64,000 nucleotides of DNA. Source: an uncultured Alphaproteobacteria bacterium (lineage in GTDB: Bacteria > Pseudomonadota > Alphaproteobacteria > Rhizobiales > Xanthobacteraceae). Below, in pieces: positions 1 to 10,818 of this stretch. The translations under genes and the position numbers were made by a program. The notes below the pieces were generated by a model, which made no database searches, had not been told where the DNA came from, and worked only from the letters and a program-made list of their open reading frames with translations. Location: NCBI GenBank assembly GCA_963840155.1, contig CAWIXP010000001.1:977804-1041803 (forward strand). Direction: 5' to 3'. Each line of letters opens with the position of its first letter. Position 1 is the first letter of the stretch.

Positions 1-128
1 GGTTCCGCGGGAGGCGCATCATACGTTGGCCGAGAGGGGATTTTGATCGATTCCGAACGCCTCGCGGTATTTTTTATAGAGCGGTCGCTGTGGCCAAACT
101 AGGGCTTGCAGCATGCCCGGTTCCATTT

Positions 129-1433
129 TCAGTCGCCAGGCCCAGCCACCGCCAGCCGCTTGGCAAAGAAAGCGTCAATCGCCTGCGCCATCGATCCGAC
201 CGTGCGGGAGCGCCAGCTTTCGGATACCAGATGTTCGAGATCGCCCTTGTTGGAGACATAGCCGAGTTCGATCAGGACCGACGGCACGTCGGGGGCTTTC
301 AGCACCCTGAAGCCCGCGGATTTCAGGGGATGCTTGTGCATCCGCACGGTGTTCTTCATTTCGCCGACCAGCAGGCGTGCGAAACGATGTGAGAAGGTGC
401 GGGTTTCCCGTTGCGCGAGATCGATCAGGATGTCGGCGACGTCGGTCGGCTCCTCGGTCAAGTTGACCCCGCCGATAGCGTCGGCCTTGTTCTCCGCTTC
501 CGCGAGCCTTTCGGCCTCGGCGTCGGATGCCTTGTCGGAGAGCGTGTAGATAGTAGCGCCCTGGGCATCGCCCTCGTGATGCGGCAAGGCATCGGCATGG
601 ATCGACACGAACAGCGCCGCCGACTGATTGCGCGCGATCCGGACGCGGTCGGCGAGCGGGATAAAGGTGTCGTCGGTGCGGGTCATCACGACGCGGTATT
701 TGCCGCCCCTTTCGATGCGATCGCGCAGCGCCAGCCCAAATCCCAGCACCAGGTTCTTTTCGCTCTCGTTGCTCGCCTGCGTACCGTTGTCGATGCCGCC
801 GTGGCCGGGGTCGATCACAATCAGCGGACGCGAATCGGGCGGCGTCTCGGGTTTGAGCGGTCCCGCCGGCTCACGGGCGGAAGGCGCGAGTGCAGCATCG
901 GCGATAGCAGGCCTGAGTTCGGGCCGGCTGTCGGCCGGCAGCAACTGAACGAAGCTGGTACGGTCCACTTCTTCCAGTTCGAGCACCAACCGTGGCGGTT
1001 GGCCATTGGCCGCCTCCAGCACATAGGAATGCGCGACCTTCGCCGGTCCCGTGAGGTCGAATACGATGCGCGAACCGCCGGGCATCACGAGGCCGTAGCG
1101 GAACGCCTTGATCAACCCGCGGCCGGCGCTGCCCGTGCCGGCGGCAAGCCTGAAGGTAACCTGGGGGATGTCCACGACGACCCGATACGGATCGGCCAGC
1201 GCGAAGGCACGGAACTGGATAGGTTTGTCGAGATCCAGCACGAAGCGCGTCTGTTTGGCGTCGCCGGCGAGCCGGGCATCGGAAGCAACCGGGAAGTTAG
1301 AGGCCACTGCGGGGGTTGGGGGTTGGCCGTCCCGGCCTGCGAATGTGGGGCCGGAACAAAGCAATGCTGCAACGCACAACACCGTGCTTCCCAGCAACAC
1401 ACGACGATTTGCGCGGCCCGCCACCGAATCCAT
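129..1433 (-). CDS. amiC: N-acetylmuramoyl-L-alanine amidase (AMIN + Amidase_3)
   Basis: 434-aa ORF with signal peptide, IVIDPGHGG, FVSIHAD and SVLIELGY Amidase_3 zinc motifs; divergent from rne. Confidence 0.92.
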   Translation of the reverse strand: MDSVAGRANRRVLLGSTVLCVAALLCSGPTFAGRDGQPPTPAVASNFPVASDARLAGDAKQTRFVLDLDKPIQFRAFALADPYRVVVDIPQVTFRLAAGTGSAGRGLIKAFRYGLVMPGGSRIVFDLTGPAKVAHSYVLEAANGQPPRLVLELEEVDRTSFVQLLPADSRPELRPAIADAALAPSAREPAGPLKPETPPDSRPLIVIDPGHGGIDNGTQASNESEKNLVLGFGLALRDRIERGGKYRVVMTRTDDTFIPLADRVRIARNQSAALFVSIHADALPHHEGDAQGATIYTLSDKASDAEAERLAEAENKADAIGGVNLTEEPTDVADILIDLAQRETRTFSHRFARLLVGEMKNTVRMHKHPLKSAGFRVLKAPDVPSVLIELGYVSNKGDLEHLVSESWRSRTVGSMAQAIDAFFAKRLAVAGPGD

Positions 1434-1472
1434 GCCTCCGAGCAGCCCTCTTACCGCAATAGAACCACAGGG

Positions 1473-1487
1473 TTAATCGAACCTTAA
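1473..1487. promoter_or_regulatory. CtrA-binding box
   Basis: TTAA-TCGAACC-TTAA, exact TTAA-N7-TTAA, 40 bp upstream of the amiC start. Confidence 0.65.
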
Positions 1488-1546
1488 GCCAATTTTGCCG
1501 AATAAGACGCAGTGTTGCCTGGCTGCGACGCTCTCGGGGAGTTCCC

Positions 1547-1575
1547 TTGCACCCAAGGCCCAATCCACGTATGTA
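1547..1575 (+). promoter_or_regulatory. Putative sigma70 promoter of rne
   Basis: TTGCAC-N17-TATGTA; would give a ~560-nt leader. Confidence 0.4.
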
Positions 1576-2139
1576 AAAAGTGCTGACGGCTAAAATTCCC
1601 GGTTGTGTCGCGTTCAGCCTCCCGGTGCAGCGCCGAAATCTTCGATTTCAGGAGATTTCAGCGTCCTTCCGATCCCTCCACAGCCAGCGCAGCGCGCGGC
1701 TGAAAAGGAGCGGCGGTTTCGAGCCCGAGCGGCGTCCGGTCCCAGGCTGCGATCTTGTTCCAGGGACGGTTTCAGACACGGCATAACCGCTTATCCGGAC
1801 CCCTCTCAGGTCCCAATATGCAATTCGCCGGCGAGCGCCTTGGCGCCGCGCCGAGCCTGCAGCGACAGACCAGGCGGCCTTTCGCCGCCCACGTTATTTA
1901 GACGGGCCGACGCTTGATGCGCCAGACTGTGTTGCCGACCATGATTCACGGAGCAATTGCGCCGCGGCGGAGCGAAAGCTCCGCGCGTCGTCTTGCATCC
2001 GCCGAATCTCGTTCGGCGCGGCGCGCCGAGTTGCGTTTTGGCCTTCCCCTCACCCCCGAATCAGGTGGACCGTCGCGTCACCCGGCGGCGCGATACGCGC
2101 TTACCGCAATACGCGCCCGCCGCCGTCAAGAGTTCCAAA

Positions 2140-5100
2140 ATGCCCAACAAGATGTTGATCGATGCCACCCACCCGGAAGAGACCCGGGTCGTTGTGGTCC
2201 GCGGCAATCGCGTCGAAGAGTTTGATTTCGAAACCGCCCAACGCAAGCAACTGCGCGGCAATATCTATCTCGCCAAGGTCACGCGCGTTGAGCCGTCGCT
2301 GCAAGCCGCATTCATCGAATATGGCGGCAACCGGCACGGCTTTCTCGCCTTCAGCGAAATCCATCCCGATTATTATCAAATCCCGGTCGCCGATCGGCAG
2401 GCGCTGATCGAGGCGGACGAACGCGCCCACCGTGAGGCCGAAGAAGAAACCGAAAACCGCTCCAACCGCCGTCGTCCGCGGCACCGCAATTCGCGGCGCC
2501 GCGGCAGCGGCGAGCGCGTGCAGAGCGAGATCGTCGAGAGCGCGAACGCCGATCCATCGCAGGCCGCCCAGTCGCATCAGGACCAGGTGGCGGGCTCGCA
2601 TGTCGATGGCGAACACGCGCACGACGCCGAGGGCTATCATGGCGACCCCGAGCATCACGATCATGACGATCATGAGCATCACGATCATGCGCACGAGCAC
2701 CATCGTGAACACGAAGAGCACGGCCAACCGGACGCCAGCGAGACGCTGGCGGCTGTGACGCTGCCCGACACGGCCGCGCTCGAGGCATCTGCCGCGGCAC
2801 CGGACTACGCGCCAGAAGCTCACGAACACCACGCGCACGATGATCTGACCGAGGAAGAAAATGCGCGCGAAAATGCAGCCCATGCCGAAGACGCAGCGCG
2901 TGCCGAACATGGCGGCGCGCACGCCGAGCATGCCAGCAGCGAGAGCGCCGCGTCGGATCACCCCGAACAAGCCGCCACGCTCAGCGCGGAAGTCCACGAC
3001 GACGAAGATGACGCCGAGGAGGCCGAGGACGAGCTCGTTGAGTCCGTCGGCGGCGACGATGTGCTCGAAGAAGTGCCGGAGCGCTCCTTCCGTCCGCGCC
3101 GGCAGTACAAGATCCAGGAGGTCATCAAGCGGCGTCAGGTGATGCTGGTGCAAGTCGTCAAGGAAGAACGCGGCAACAAGGGTGCGGCGTTGACGACCTA
3201 TTTGTCGCTGGCCGGGCGCTACGCGGTGTTGATGCCCAACACGGCGCGCGGCGGCGGCATCAGCCGCAAGATCACTTCCGCACAGGACCGCTCCAGGCTC
3301 AAGGAAGTGGTGCAGGATCTCGACGTTCCCGAGGGCATGGGGATCATCCTGCGCACCGCGGGCGCGTCGCGCACGAAGCCCGAGATCAAGCGCGACTTCG
3401 AATATCTGATCCGCATGTGGGAAACCGTGCGCGACATGACCTTGAAGTCGCAGGCCCCGACGCTGGTCTACGAGGAGGGCTCGCTGATCAAGCGCTCGCT
3501 GCGCGATCTCTACAACAAGGAAATCGACGAAATCATGGTCGCCGGCGAATCCGGCTATCAGGAAGCCCGCGATTTCATGAAGATGCTGATGCCCTCGAAT
3601 GTGCGCGCGGTGAAGCAGTATCGCGACGGCCAGCCGCTGTTCTCGCGGATGGGGGTCGAGAGCCAGCTCGACGCGATGTTCTCGCCGACGGTGCAGTTGC
3701 GATCCGGCGGCTACATCGTGATCAACCAGACCGAGGCGCTGGTCTCGATCGACGTCAATTCGGGCCGCTCGACCCGCGAACACCACATCGAGGATACCGC
3801 GCTCAAGACCAACATGGAGGCTGCCGAGGAAGTCGCGCGGCAGTTACGTTTGCGCGATCTCGCCGGCCTGATCGTCATCGACTTCATCGACATGGACGAG
3901 AAGCGCAACAACCGCTCGGTCGAGCGCAAGCTCAGCGATTGTCTGCGCCAGGACCGCGCGCGAATCCAGGTCGGGCGCATCTCGCATTTCGGCCTGCTCG
4001 AAATGTCGCGGCAGCGCATTCGTGCCAGCGTGCTCGAGAGTTCGACGGAGCCCTGTCCGCAATGCGGCGGCAGCGGCCATGTACGGTCGGTTTCTTCCGT
4101 CGCGCTCCAGTTATTGCGGGGGCTCGAGGAAATTCTGATGAAGGGCGCGACCCATAATCTCGTGGTGCGAACCCGCACCGATGTCGCGCTCTACGTTCTC
4201 AATCACAAACGCGGCCATCTGCGCGATCTCGAAAGCAGCTTCAAGGTCACGTTGGCGGTGATCGCCGATCCGACCGTGAGCGGCCAGCAATCGTTCATCA
4301 TCGATCGGGGCGAACAGGTGCACACGCTGGAAGCGGCGAAGGCGCTGCTGGCGGCGCAAGTCGCGGCGTTCCCGCCGCAGCCGGAAGAGCCCTTCGATGA
4401 GGAGGGGCCGTTCGATATCGAAACCGAATCGGAAATAGAGACCGACGAGACCGAAGGGCTGGCGGAGGATCAGGCGGCCGGCGAACCGGGTACCGGCGAG
4501 ACAGAAGCGGACGGCCACAAGCGCAAACGCCGGCGCCGGCGCCGCGGCGGCCGGCCCGGCGAGCCGCGCGACGGCGAGCCTGCCCGCGACCACCAGGACA
4601 GCGGGCGCGTCGCCTTCGAAGCCGTCGCTATTCCCGGCGTCATCGCCGACGACAGCGAAGCCGACGAGGACGAAACCGAGGAGCAGCCCGGTTCGGCAGG
4701 CGCGGCTCGCGCCGATCAGCCACCGGGCGGCGAGCGGCGACCCCGCCGGCGCGGACGTCGCGGCGGACGCCGTCGGCGCGGCGGGCCCGAAGACGGACTG
4801 GCCGGATCGATCGCCGACGAGCTCGGACCGGCGTCAGCCCCGGAAGCGACCGGCGCGGCGGCCGATTTCGACGGCAATCCATCCCAAGCATCAGCGCCGG
4901 TAGTGCAACCCGAGCAGGTTGCCCCGCCGCCCGAGCAACGCGCGGCGGAGCGGAGCCGGCCGGAGACTGCGCCTGGCTCAACCGAAACAGAGAGCGCGCA
5001 AGAAGCCGAACGTGCAGCCGCGCGGCGCCGCTCAACTGTGCGCGAGAAGGTCAGTTTCCTGGCCGATGCCCAGCCTGCTGCGCCGGCACCGGCTCCGGTT

Positions 5101-5226
5101 AACCACAGCGAGCCTCAGCCATCCTCGCCCGCGGCGCCGGCCCCGCAGTCGGAGGCGGAAATGTCCACGGACGCCCAACCCCGCCGCGCCGGATGGTGGT
5201 CGCGGCGCTTCGGCAACGGCGAGTAG
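2140..5226 (+). CDS. rne: Ribonuclease E (Rne/Rng family)
   Basis: Starts MPNKMLIDATHPEETRVVV; GNIYLAKVTRVEPSLQAAF, IDVNSG and GLIVIDFIDM motifs, CPQCGG Zn-link, Arg-rich disordered tail. ATG 2140 chosen over the ORF-track start 1957. Confidence 0.96.
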   Translation: MPNKMLIDATHPEETRVVVVRGNRVEEFDFETAQRKQLRGNIYLAKVTRVEPSLQAAFIEYGGNRHGFLAFSEIHPDYYQIPVADRQALIEADERAHREAEEETENRSNRRRPRHRNSRRRGSGERVQSEIVESANADPSQAAQSHQDQVAGSHVDGEHAHDAEGYHGDPEHHDHDDHEHHDHAHEHHREHEEHGQPDASETLAAVTLPDTAALEASAAAPDYAPEAHEHHAHDDLTEEENARENAAHAEDAARAEHGGAHAEHASSESAASDHPEQAATLSAEVHDDEDDAEEAEDELVESVGGDDVLEEVPERSFRPRRQYKIQEVIKRRQVMLVQVVKEERGNKGAALTTYLSLAGRYAVLMPNTARGGGISRKITSAQDRSRLKEVVQDLDVPEGMGIILRTAGASRTKPEIKRDFEYLIRMWETVRDMTLKSQAPTLVYEEGSLIKRSLRDLYNKEIDEIMVAGESGYQEARDFMKMLMPSNVRAVKQYRDGQPLFSRMGVESQLDAMFSPTVQLRSGGYIVINQTEALVSIDVNSGRSTREHHIEDTALKTNMEAAEEVARQLRLRDLAGLIVIDFIDMDEKRNNRSVERKLSDCLRQDRARIQVGRISHFGLLEMSRQRIRASVLESSTEPCPQCGGSGHVRSVSSVALQLLRGLEEILMKGATHNLVVRTRTDVALYVLNHKRGHLRDLESSFKVTLAVIADPTVSGQQSFIIDRGEQVHTLEAAKALLAAQVAAFPPQPEEPFDEEGPFDIETESEIETDETEGLAEDQAAGEPGTGETEADGHKRKRRRRRRGGRPGEPRDGEPARDHQDSGRVAFEAVAIPGVIADDSEADEDETEEQPGSAGAARADQPPGGERRPRRRGRRGGRRRRGGPEDGLAGSIADELGPASAPEATGAAADFDGNPSQASAPVVQPEQVAPPPEQRAAERSRPETAPGSTETESAQEAERAAARRRSTVREKVSFLADAQPAAPAPAPVNHSEPQPSSPAAPAPQSEAEMSTDAQPRRAGWWSRRFGNGE

Positions 5227-5240
5227 AAGTTTTCGAAATA

Positions 5241-5272
5241 AAAAACCGCTCGGCAAAAACCGAGCGGTTTTT
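5241..5272. terminator. Bidirectional intrinsic terminator between rne and dctA
   Basis: AAAAACCGCTCGG-CAAAAA-CCGAGCGGTTTTT perfect inverted repeat with A/T tails. Confidence 0.85.
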
Positions 5273-5306
5273 GACCGCCGGCGCGCATCTGTGATTTCGC
5301 ATTGGC

Positions 5307-6632
5307 CTAACCGGTCGTGACCGCCGTCTCCACGTTAGATGGATCGATCACCTGATTCAGGCGGGCATGCAGCTTTTCGTGGTCGAGTTCACCCTCCCAC
5401 CACGACACGAACACGGTGGCAACTCCGTTGCCGGTGATGTTGGTCAGCGCGCGCACCTCGCTCATGAACTTGTCGACCGAGAACACGATCGCCATTCCCG
5501 GAACCAGCGCCGGATTGACCACCGTCAGCGTTGCCGCCAGCGTGATAAAGCCCGCGCCCGTGACGCCGCTGGCGCCCTTCGAGGTCAGCATGGCGACAAT
5601 CAGGATGGTCAGTTGCTGACCGAATGTCAGGTCCACGCCGAGCGCCTGCGCGATGAACAGCGTTGCCAGCGTCATGTAGATGTTGGTGCCGTCGAGATTG
5701 AACGAATAGCCCGTGGGTACCACCAGGCCGACCACCGGCTTGGAGCAGCCGAGCCGCTCGAGTTTCTCCATCAATTGCGGCAGCGCGCTTTCCGATGAAC
5801 TGGTGCCGAGCACGATCAGCAGTTCGTCCCTGATATAGGCGATGAACTTGAAAATGTTGAAGCCGACGAACCGTGCGATCAGGCCGAGCACGACGAACAC
5901 GAACAGCGCCGCGGTCGCGTAGAACAGCGCGATCAATCCAACCAGGTTGCCGAGCGCGGCGGGCCCGAACTTTCCGATGGTATAGGCCATCGCGCCGAAG
6001 GCTCCGAGCGGCGCCGCCTTCATGACAATCGCAATCACGCCGAACACCCCGTGCGCGGCGTCGTCGATGATATCGCGCAGCCGATGGCCGCGTTCGCCGA
6101 GCGCCATCAGCGCAAAGCCGAACAGGATAGCAAACAGCAGCACCTGAAGGATATCGCCGCGCGCCAGCGCCCCGACCACGCTGTCCGGAATGATGTTGAG
6201 AACGAAATCGACCGATTTTTGCGCTTCCGCCTGCTTGACATAGCTCGCGACCGCCGCCGCATCCGGCTTGGCGCCGAGCCCATGGCCGACCTGGACAAGG
6301 TTGCCGACGATCAGGCCGAGGATCAGCGCAAACGAGGAAACGATCTCAAAATAAACCAGCGCCTTGACGCCGACGCGGCCGACTTTTCTGGCGTCCTGGA
6401 TGTGGGCGATGCCCGACACCACGGTGCAAAAGATGATCGGCGCGATCAACATCTTGATCAACTTGATGAAGCCGTCGCCCAGCGCCTTGACCCAGTCGTT
6501 GGTGGCGACACTTGGCCATAGCCAGCCGACGATGACACCGATGAGGATAGCGATCAGCACCTGGAGATAAAGGATCTTGTACCAGGGTTTCGCCGTGGCG
6601 GGCGGCGTCCGGGTTACGGTCGTGGGCGCCAT
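5307..6632 (-). CDS. dctA: Dicarboxylate/amino acid:cation symporter (DctA family)
   Basis: [34 protein letters not shown] and [10 protein letters not shown] motifs; GGGGAG lies 8 nt before ATG 6632 (alternative GTG 6641). Confidence 0.9.
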   Translation of the reverse strand: MAPTTVTRTPPATAKPWYKILYLQVLIAILIGVIVGWLWPSVATNDWVKALGDGFIKLIKMLIAPIIFCTVVSGIAHIQDARKVGRVGVKALVYFEIVSSFALILGLIVGNLVQVGHGLGAKPDAAAVASYVKQAEAQKSVDFVLNIIPDSVVGALARGDILQVLLFAILFGFALMALGERGHRLRDIIDDAAHGVFGVIAIVMKAAPLGAFGAMAYTIGKFGPAALGNLVGLIALFYATAALFVFVVLGLIARFVGFNIFKFIAYIRDELLIVLGTSSSESALPQLMEKLERLGCSKPVVGLVVPTGYSFNLDGTNIYMTLATLFIAQALGVDLTFGQQLTILIVAMLTSKGASGVTGAGFITLAATLTVVNPALVPGMAIVFSVDKFMSEVRALTNITGNGVATVFVSWWEGELDHEKLHARLNQVIDPSNVETAVTTG

Positions 6633-6800
6633 GACGTTCACTCCCCATTGGATTTTTGGATGCTCCGTCGCGCCTGGCGCAGACGGCCGTCTCTGGCGCT
6701 AGCCAAGATCAATTGGCGGACCGAAGTCAATGGCGTCAGGTGCTGTTTCCCGCAGCTGATATTGGTTGCTGGCGGCGAACCGGCGCAGCAGTGGGTCGCT

Positions 6801-7985
6801 TCAACCGAGCCAGCGCGCGATCCGTGCGACCGCTTCGCGCATGTCATCGGCCGAGCGCGCATAGCAAAAACGAACGAAGCGATGGCCGTGCACGGGGTCG
6901 AAATCGATGCCGGGCGTTGCCGCGACATGGGCCTGCTCCAGCATCTTTTTGGCGAACTCGAAACTGTCTGAGGTAAAGGCCGAGACGTCGGCGTAGAGAT
7001 AAAATGCACCGTCGGCGGGAAGGAATTTGTCGAGGCCGGCTTGCGGCAGGCCCTCGATCAAAATGCGGCGGTTCTCCTGGTAACCGCGTTTCACCCGCTC
7101 CATTTCCTCGCGGCCTTCGAACGCCGCCTCGGCGGCTATCTGCGACAGCGTCGGCACCGAGATCGCAAGATTTTGCTGCAGCCGCTCGATCGGCCGCACC
7201 AGTTGTTCCGGCACCACCATCCAGCCGACCCGCCAGCCGGTCATGCAGAAGTATTTCGAGAACGAATTGATGATGAGCGCCTGCGGTGAAAGCTCCGCCG
7301 CGGTCACCGCAGGAAAAGCGTAGTCGAGGCCGTGATAGATCTCGTCGGAGATAAATCGAATGCCGGCGGCTTGCGCCGCCGCGATCAAGCCCGAAAGCGC
7401 CTCGCGGGACATCATGGTGCCCGTTGGATTGGCCGGGCTTCCGACCAGCACGCCCTTCAGGGGCGTCTTGCGATGGGCAGCCAGCAAGGCTTCGCCGGTC
7501 AGTGCATGGCGGGTCTCGCTCGACGTCTCGATCAGCACCGGTTCGCAGCCAAGCGCCGTCAGAATGTGCCGGTATGGCGGATAACCGGGCACGGTGATCG
7601 CAACCCGGTCGCCGGGCTCGAACATCGCAAGAAAAGCCAGGATGAACCCGCCCGACGAGCCTGTGGTCACCACGACCCGCTCGGCATCCACTTTGCAACG
7701 GTAAGTCTCGCGGTAATGGGCGGCGATGCGCTCACGCAGCGAAGGAATTCCCAGAGCGGACGTATAATCGATCCGCCCGCCCTCCAGCGCCGCGCGCGCT
7801 GCCGATATGGCCGTCTGCGGCGCCGCAGCCCAGGGCTGACCGACCTCCATGTGGACGACATGGCCACCGGCCGCTTCAATCCGCGCCGCCGCCGCCATCA
7901 CGTCCATCACCATGAACGGCGGCACATCGCTTCGCCCCGACGCCGTCAGCAGGCTATTGGCACGGTCCTTCAAGGTCGCTTCCAT
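6801..7985 (-). CDS. PLP-dependent aminotransferase class I/II
   Basis: SPANPTG, ISDEIYHGL and NSFSKYFCMTGWRVGW motifs; likely start MEATLK. Confidence 0.92.
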   Translation of the reverse strand: MEATLKDRANSLLTASGRSDVPPFMVMDVMAAAARIEAAGGHVVHMEVGQPWAAAPQTAISAARAALEGGRIDYTSALGIPSLRERIAAHYRETYRCKVDAERVVVTTGSSGGFILAFLAMFEPGDRVAITVPGYPPYRHILTALGCEPVLIETSSETRHALTGEALLAAHRKTPLKGVLVGSPANPTGTMMSREALSGLIAAAQAAGIRFISDEIYHGLDYAFPAVTAAELSPQALIINSFSKYFCMTGWRVGWMVVPEQLVRPIERLQQNLAISVPTLSQIAAEAAFEGREEMERVKRGYQENRRILIEGLPQAGLDKFLPADGAFYLYADVSAFTSDSFEFAKKMLEQAHVAATPGIDFDPVHGHRFVRFCYARSADDMREAVARIARWLG

Positions 7986-8249
7986 CGATATCCGCTGTTT
8001 TGAGTCCGCGCCGTTTTTGAAGTTCCTGCACCGTTCGAGGCGAACTCGTGCTAGGAACCCGAAGATCGGAAAGCGGCGCCAATGATTGATTTCCCGGTAC
8101 CTCTGTGGTTTCCGAAGGTCGTGACCTCCGGTGCGGCAACCTAGCACGAACTTTCGAAACGGGGCCACCAGCGCCCCAGACTAGCCGCATTCGGCGGCTT
8201 GTTAGCGCCTATCCGGTGTCCGGCCCTGCCACTCATTAAGATCGCTTCG

Positions 8250-9665
8250 ATGCTGTTTCGCCTGGCGCTACGCAAGACGACGTTGAAACTGACTGCGCTG
8301 ACCACCGCAGCCGCGCTCGCGCTCGCGCCGGTGACCCCCGCTTTGGCTCAGCAGGAAAAGGGACCGCCGGTCATCCGCGACACCGAATCCGAGCAACTGC
8401 TGCGGGAATACACCCGGCCGATCCTGCGCGCCGCCGGTCTGGAAAAACAGAACATCCAGATCGTGATCATCAACGAGAGCGCCTTCAACGCCTTTGTCGC
8501 CGATGGCCGCCGTATCTTCGTAAATTACGGCGCCCTTATGCAGTCGGAAACCCCGAACCAGATCATCGGGGTGCTGGCGCATGAAACCGGCCATTTAGCC
8601 GGCGGCCATCTCGCCAAGATGCGCGAGCAGCTGGCGCAGGCCCAAACCCAGATGATCATCGCGATGCTGCTCGGCGCCGGCGCCATGGTGGCCGGCGTTC
8701 GCGGCGGCAGCAGCAACGGCGGTAGCGGTCTCGCCAATGCGGGCGCCGCGGCGATCGCCGGCCCGCAGGAAATGATCCGCCGCACCCTGATCTCCTACGT
8801 GCGTCAGCAGGAGGAAAACGCTGATCGGGCCGGCGTGAAGTTTTTGACCGCCACCGGACAGTCGCCGAAGGGCATGTACGAGACCTTCAAGCGGTTTAGC
8901 AATGAAAGCCTGTTTGCCGCGCGCGGTGCCGATCCTTATCTGCAGTCCCACCCGATGCCGGCCGAGCGCGTCGCAGCGCTTGAGGAATTCGCGCGTTCAA
9001 GCCCATATTGGGACAAGAAGGACGAGCCGGCCCTGCAATTGCGCCACGACATGATGCGCGCCAAGATCTCGGCCTTCATGGAGCGTCCCGATACTGTCTA
9101 CCGGCGCTATCCGCTGTCGAACGACAGCCTGCCCGCGCGTTACGCGCACGCCATCGCCACCTACCTGCACGGCGATTTACGCACCGCGCTCGGCCAGATC
9201 GACGCCCTGATCCAGTTGCAGCCTAACAACCCGTATTTCCACGAATTGCGCGGTCAGGCGCTCCTGGAAGGCGGCAAGCCGGCGGAGGCAATCGCTCCGT
9301 TGCGCAGGGCGGTGCAGCTATCGAATAACGCGCCGCTCATCGAGATGTTACTTGGGCAGGCGCTCGTAGCGACCAATAATAAGGCCTATACGGAGGAAGC
9401 CATCGCGATTCTGCGTGCTGCGGTGGCGCGCGAAACCGAGGCGCCGCTCGGCTACACTCAACTGGCGATGGCCTATGGCCGAAAAGGAGATTTCGCGCAG
9501 GCCGATCTGGCATCCGCACAGGCCGCTTTTCTTCGCGGCGATAACAAGACCGCCCGCGAACTCGCCTCGCGCGCCAAAACCCGTTTCGCCATCGGCACCC
9601 CCGGATGGGTCAAGGCCGACGACATCGTCGCTGCAAGGCCGCTGCCGGGCCACAAGAGCAACTAG
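8250..9665 (+). CDS. M48 family metalloprotease with TPR-like C-terminus (BepA/YfgC-like)
   Basis: Signal peptide, NAFVADG, LAHETGH (HExxH), EENADRAG, SHP motif. Confidence 0.9.
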   Translation: MLFRLALRKTTLKLTALTTAAALALAPVTPALAQQEKGPPVIRDTESEQLLREYTRPILRAAGLEKQNIQIVIINESAFNAFVADGRRIFVNYGALMQSETPNQIIGVLAHETGHLAGGHLAKMREQLAQAQTQMIIAMLLGAGAMVAGVRGGSSNGGSGLANAGAAAIAGPQEMIRRTLISYVRQQEENADRAGVKFLTATGQSPKGMYETFKRFSNESLFAARGADPYLQSHPMPAERVAALEEFARSSPYWDKKDEPALQLRHDMMRAKISAFMERPDTVYRRYPLSNDSLPARYAHAIATYLHGDLRTALGQIDALIQLQPNNPYFHELRGQALLEGGKPAEAIAPLRRAVQLSNNAPLIEMLLGQALVATNNKAYTEEAIAILRAAVARETEAPLGYTQLAMAYGRKGDFAQADLASAQAAFLRGDNKTARELASRAKTRFAIGTPGWVKADDIVAARPLPGHKSN

Positions 9666-9727
9666 GAATATACCGGCTCGCTTTGTAAAATTTTCGAAAA
9701 CCGCCTTTCACCATGAGGATTTGCCAG

Positions 9728-10495
9728 ATGCCGCCATTCCGCTTGCTCCTTCCCGCACTGCTCGCGCTCGCCTTGTGCGGGATGGCGCCGGCTGCCTCCG
9801 CGCAGAGCTTCACCGATGCTCAACGCGGCGAGATCGAAACCATGGTCAGGAATTATCTGCTCGCGCATCCTGAGGTGCTGGAAGAGGCGATGGCTGAGCT
9901 CAGCAAGCGCCAGGCGGTTGCGGAAGCCGAGAAACATGAAGCCAGCGTCGCCAGCAATGCCGAGGCGATCTTCAATTCGCCGCGCGGCGTCACGCTCGGC
10001 AACAAGGACGGCGATGTTACCTTCGTCGAATTCTTCGACTACAATTGCGGCTACTGCAAGCGCGCCATGGCCGACATGCTGAATCTGATCAAGACCGATC
10101 CCAAGCTCAAGGTCGTGCTGAAGGAATTCCCGGTGTTGAGCGAGGGCTCGGTCGAGGCTGCGAAGGTCGCCGTCGCCGTGCGCATGCAGGACGCGAGCGG
10201 CAAGAAGTATCTCGATTTCCATCAGCGACTGCTCGGTGGCCGCGGCCCCGCGGACAAGGCGCGCGCCATGGCGGCGGCCAAGGATGCCGGCCTCGACACC
10301 GCCAGGATCGAGAAAGATCTCGCCAGTCCGGAAGTGCGCGCCACGATCGAGGAGAACTTCAAGCTCGCCGAAGCCATGGGCATGAACGGCACGCCGAGTT
10401 ACGTGATCGGCAAGCAGGTCGTGATCGGCGCGGTCGGCCTTGACAGTCTCAAGGAAAAGGTCGGGATCGCCCGTTGCGGCAAGGCGACCTGCTAA
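9728..10495 (+). CDS. DsbA family thiol:disulfide oxidoreductase
   Basis: EFFDYNCGYCK CxxC and GTPSY cis-Pro loop; signal peptide; GAGG before ATG 9728. Confidence 0.9.
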   Translation: MPPFRLLLPALLALALCGMAPAASAQSFTDAQRGEIETMVRNYLLAHPEVLEEAMAELSKRQAVAEAEKHEASVASNAEAIFNSPRGVTLGNKDGDVTFVEFFDYNCGYCKRAMADMLNLIKTDPKLKVVLKEFPVLSEGSVEAAKVAVAVRMQDASGKKYLDFHQRLLGGRGPADKARAMAAAKDAGLDTARIEKDLASPEVRATIEENFKLAEAMGMNGTPSYVIGKQVVIGAVGLDSLKEKVGIARCGKATC

Positions 10496-10754
10496 GGACG
10501 ACAGCGTCGTCTTGATTCCAACCCAGATTTAATCCGGGCGGCTGCGGCGCTGCCGGCTCGATACATGTCGGCGCAACGCGTTGATACCCGCGCATGCATA
10601 GATGTGCGTTCGATGCCCAATGGATCTGGAACCCGAAGGCGCGCCGTCACCGCATTCGAAATGTTCCACGGCGCGATACCGTCGCCCTCCTCGATCTCCG
10701 TCATTCATCTTCGTCGCCTGTCAAAAACAAACTCGCCGGAACCCGCTATCTCGG

Positions 10755-10779
10755 GGAACTGGCTTGCTTGGTTTTCGTT
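10755..10779 (+). promoter_or_regulatory. sigma-EcfG-type (general stress response) promoter
   Basis: GGAAC-N16-CGTT, 40 bp before the DUF1236-like gene. Confidence 0.65.
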
Positions 10780-10818
10780 GTTGGCGCGGGCATGCAAAAC
10801 ACGTGAGGAGAAAATTCG

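Noticed and set aside
1957-2139. 61-aa N-terminal extension of RNase E
   Set aside because: The family start is MPNKMLID at 2140; the upstream frame is most likely open leader sequence
2620-2720. CATCACGATCAT-type repeats as a CRISPR or VNTR
   Set aside because: His/Asp codons inside rne; no repeat-spacer structure
2101-3786. 561-aa antisense ORF, and similar long antisense ORFs over amiC, accC, nhaP, nrdJ, glnII and argE
   Set aside because: Shadow ORFs from high-GC codon bias, with no motifs or RBS
6648-7009. Short ORFs between dctA and the aminotransferase
   Set aside because: Overlap real genes, no motifs, implausible composition
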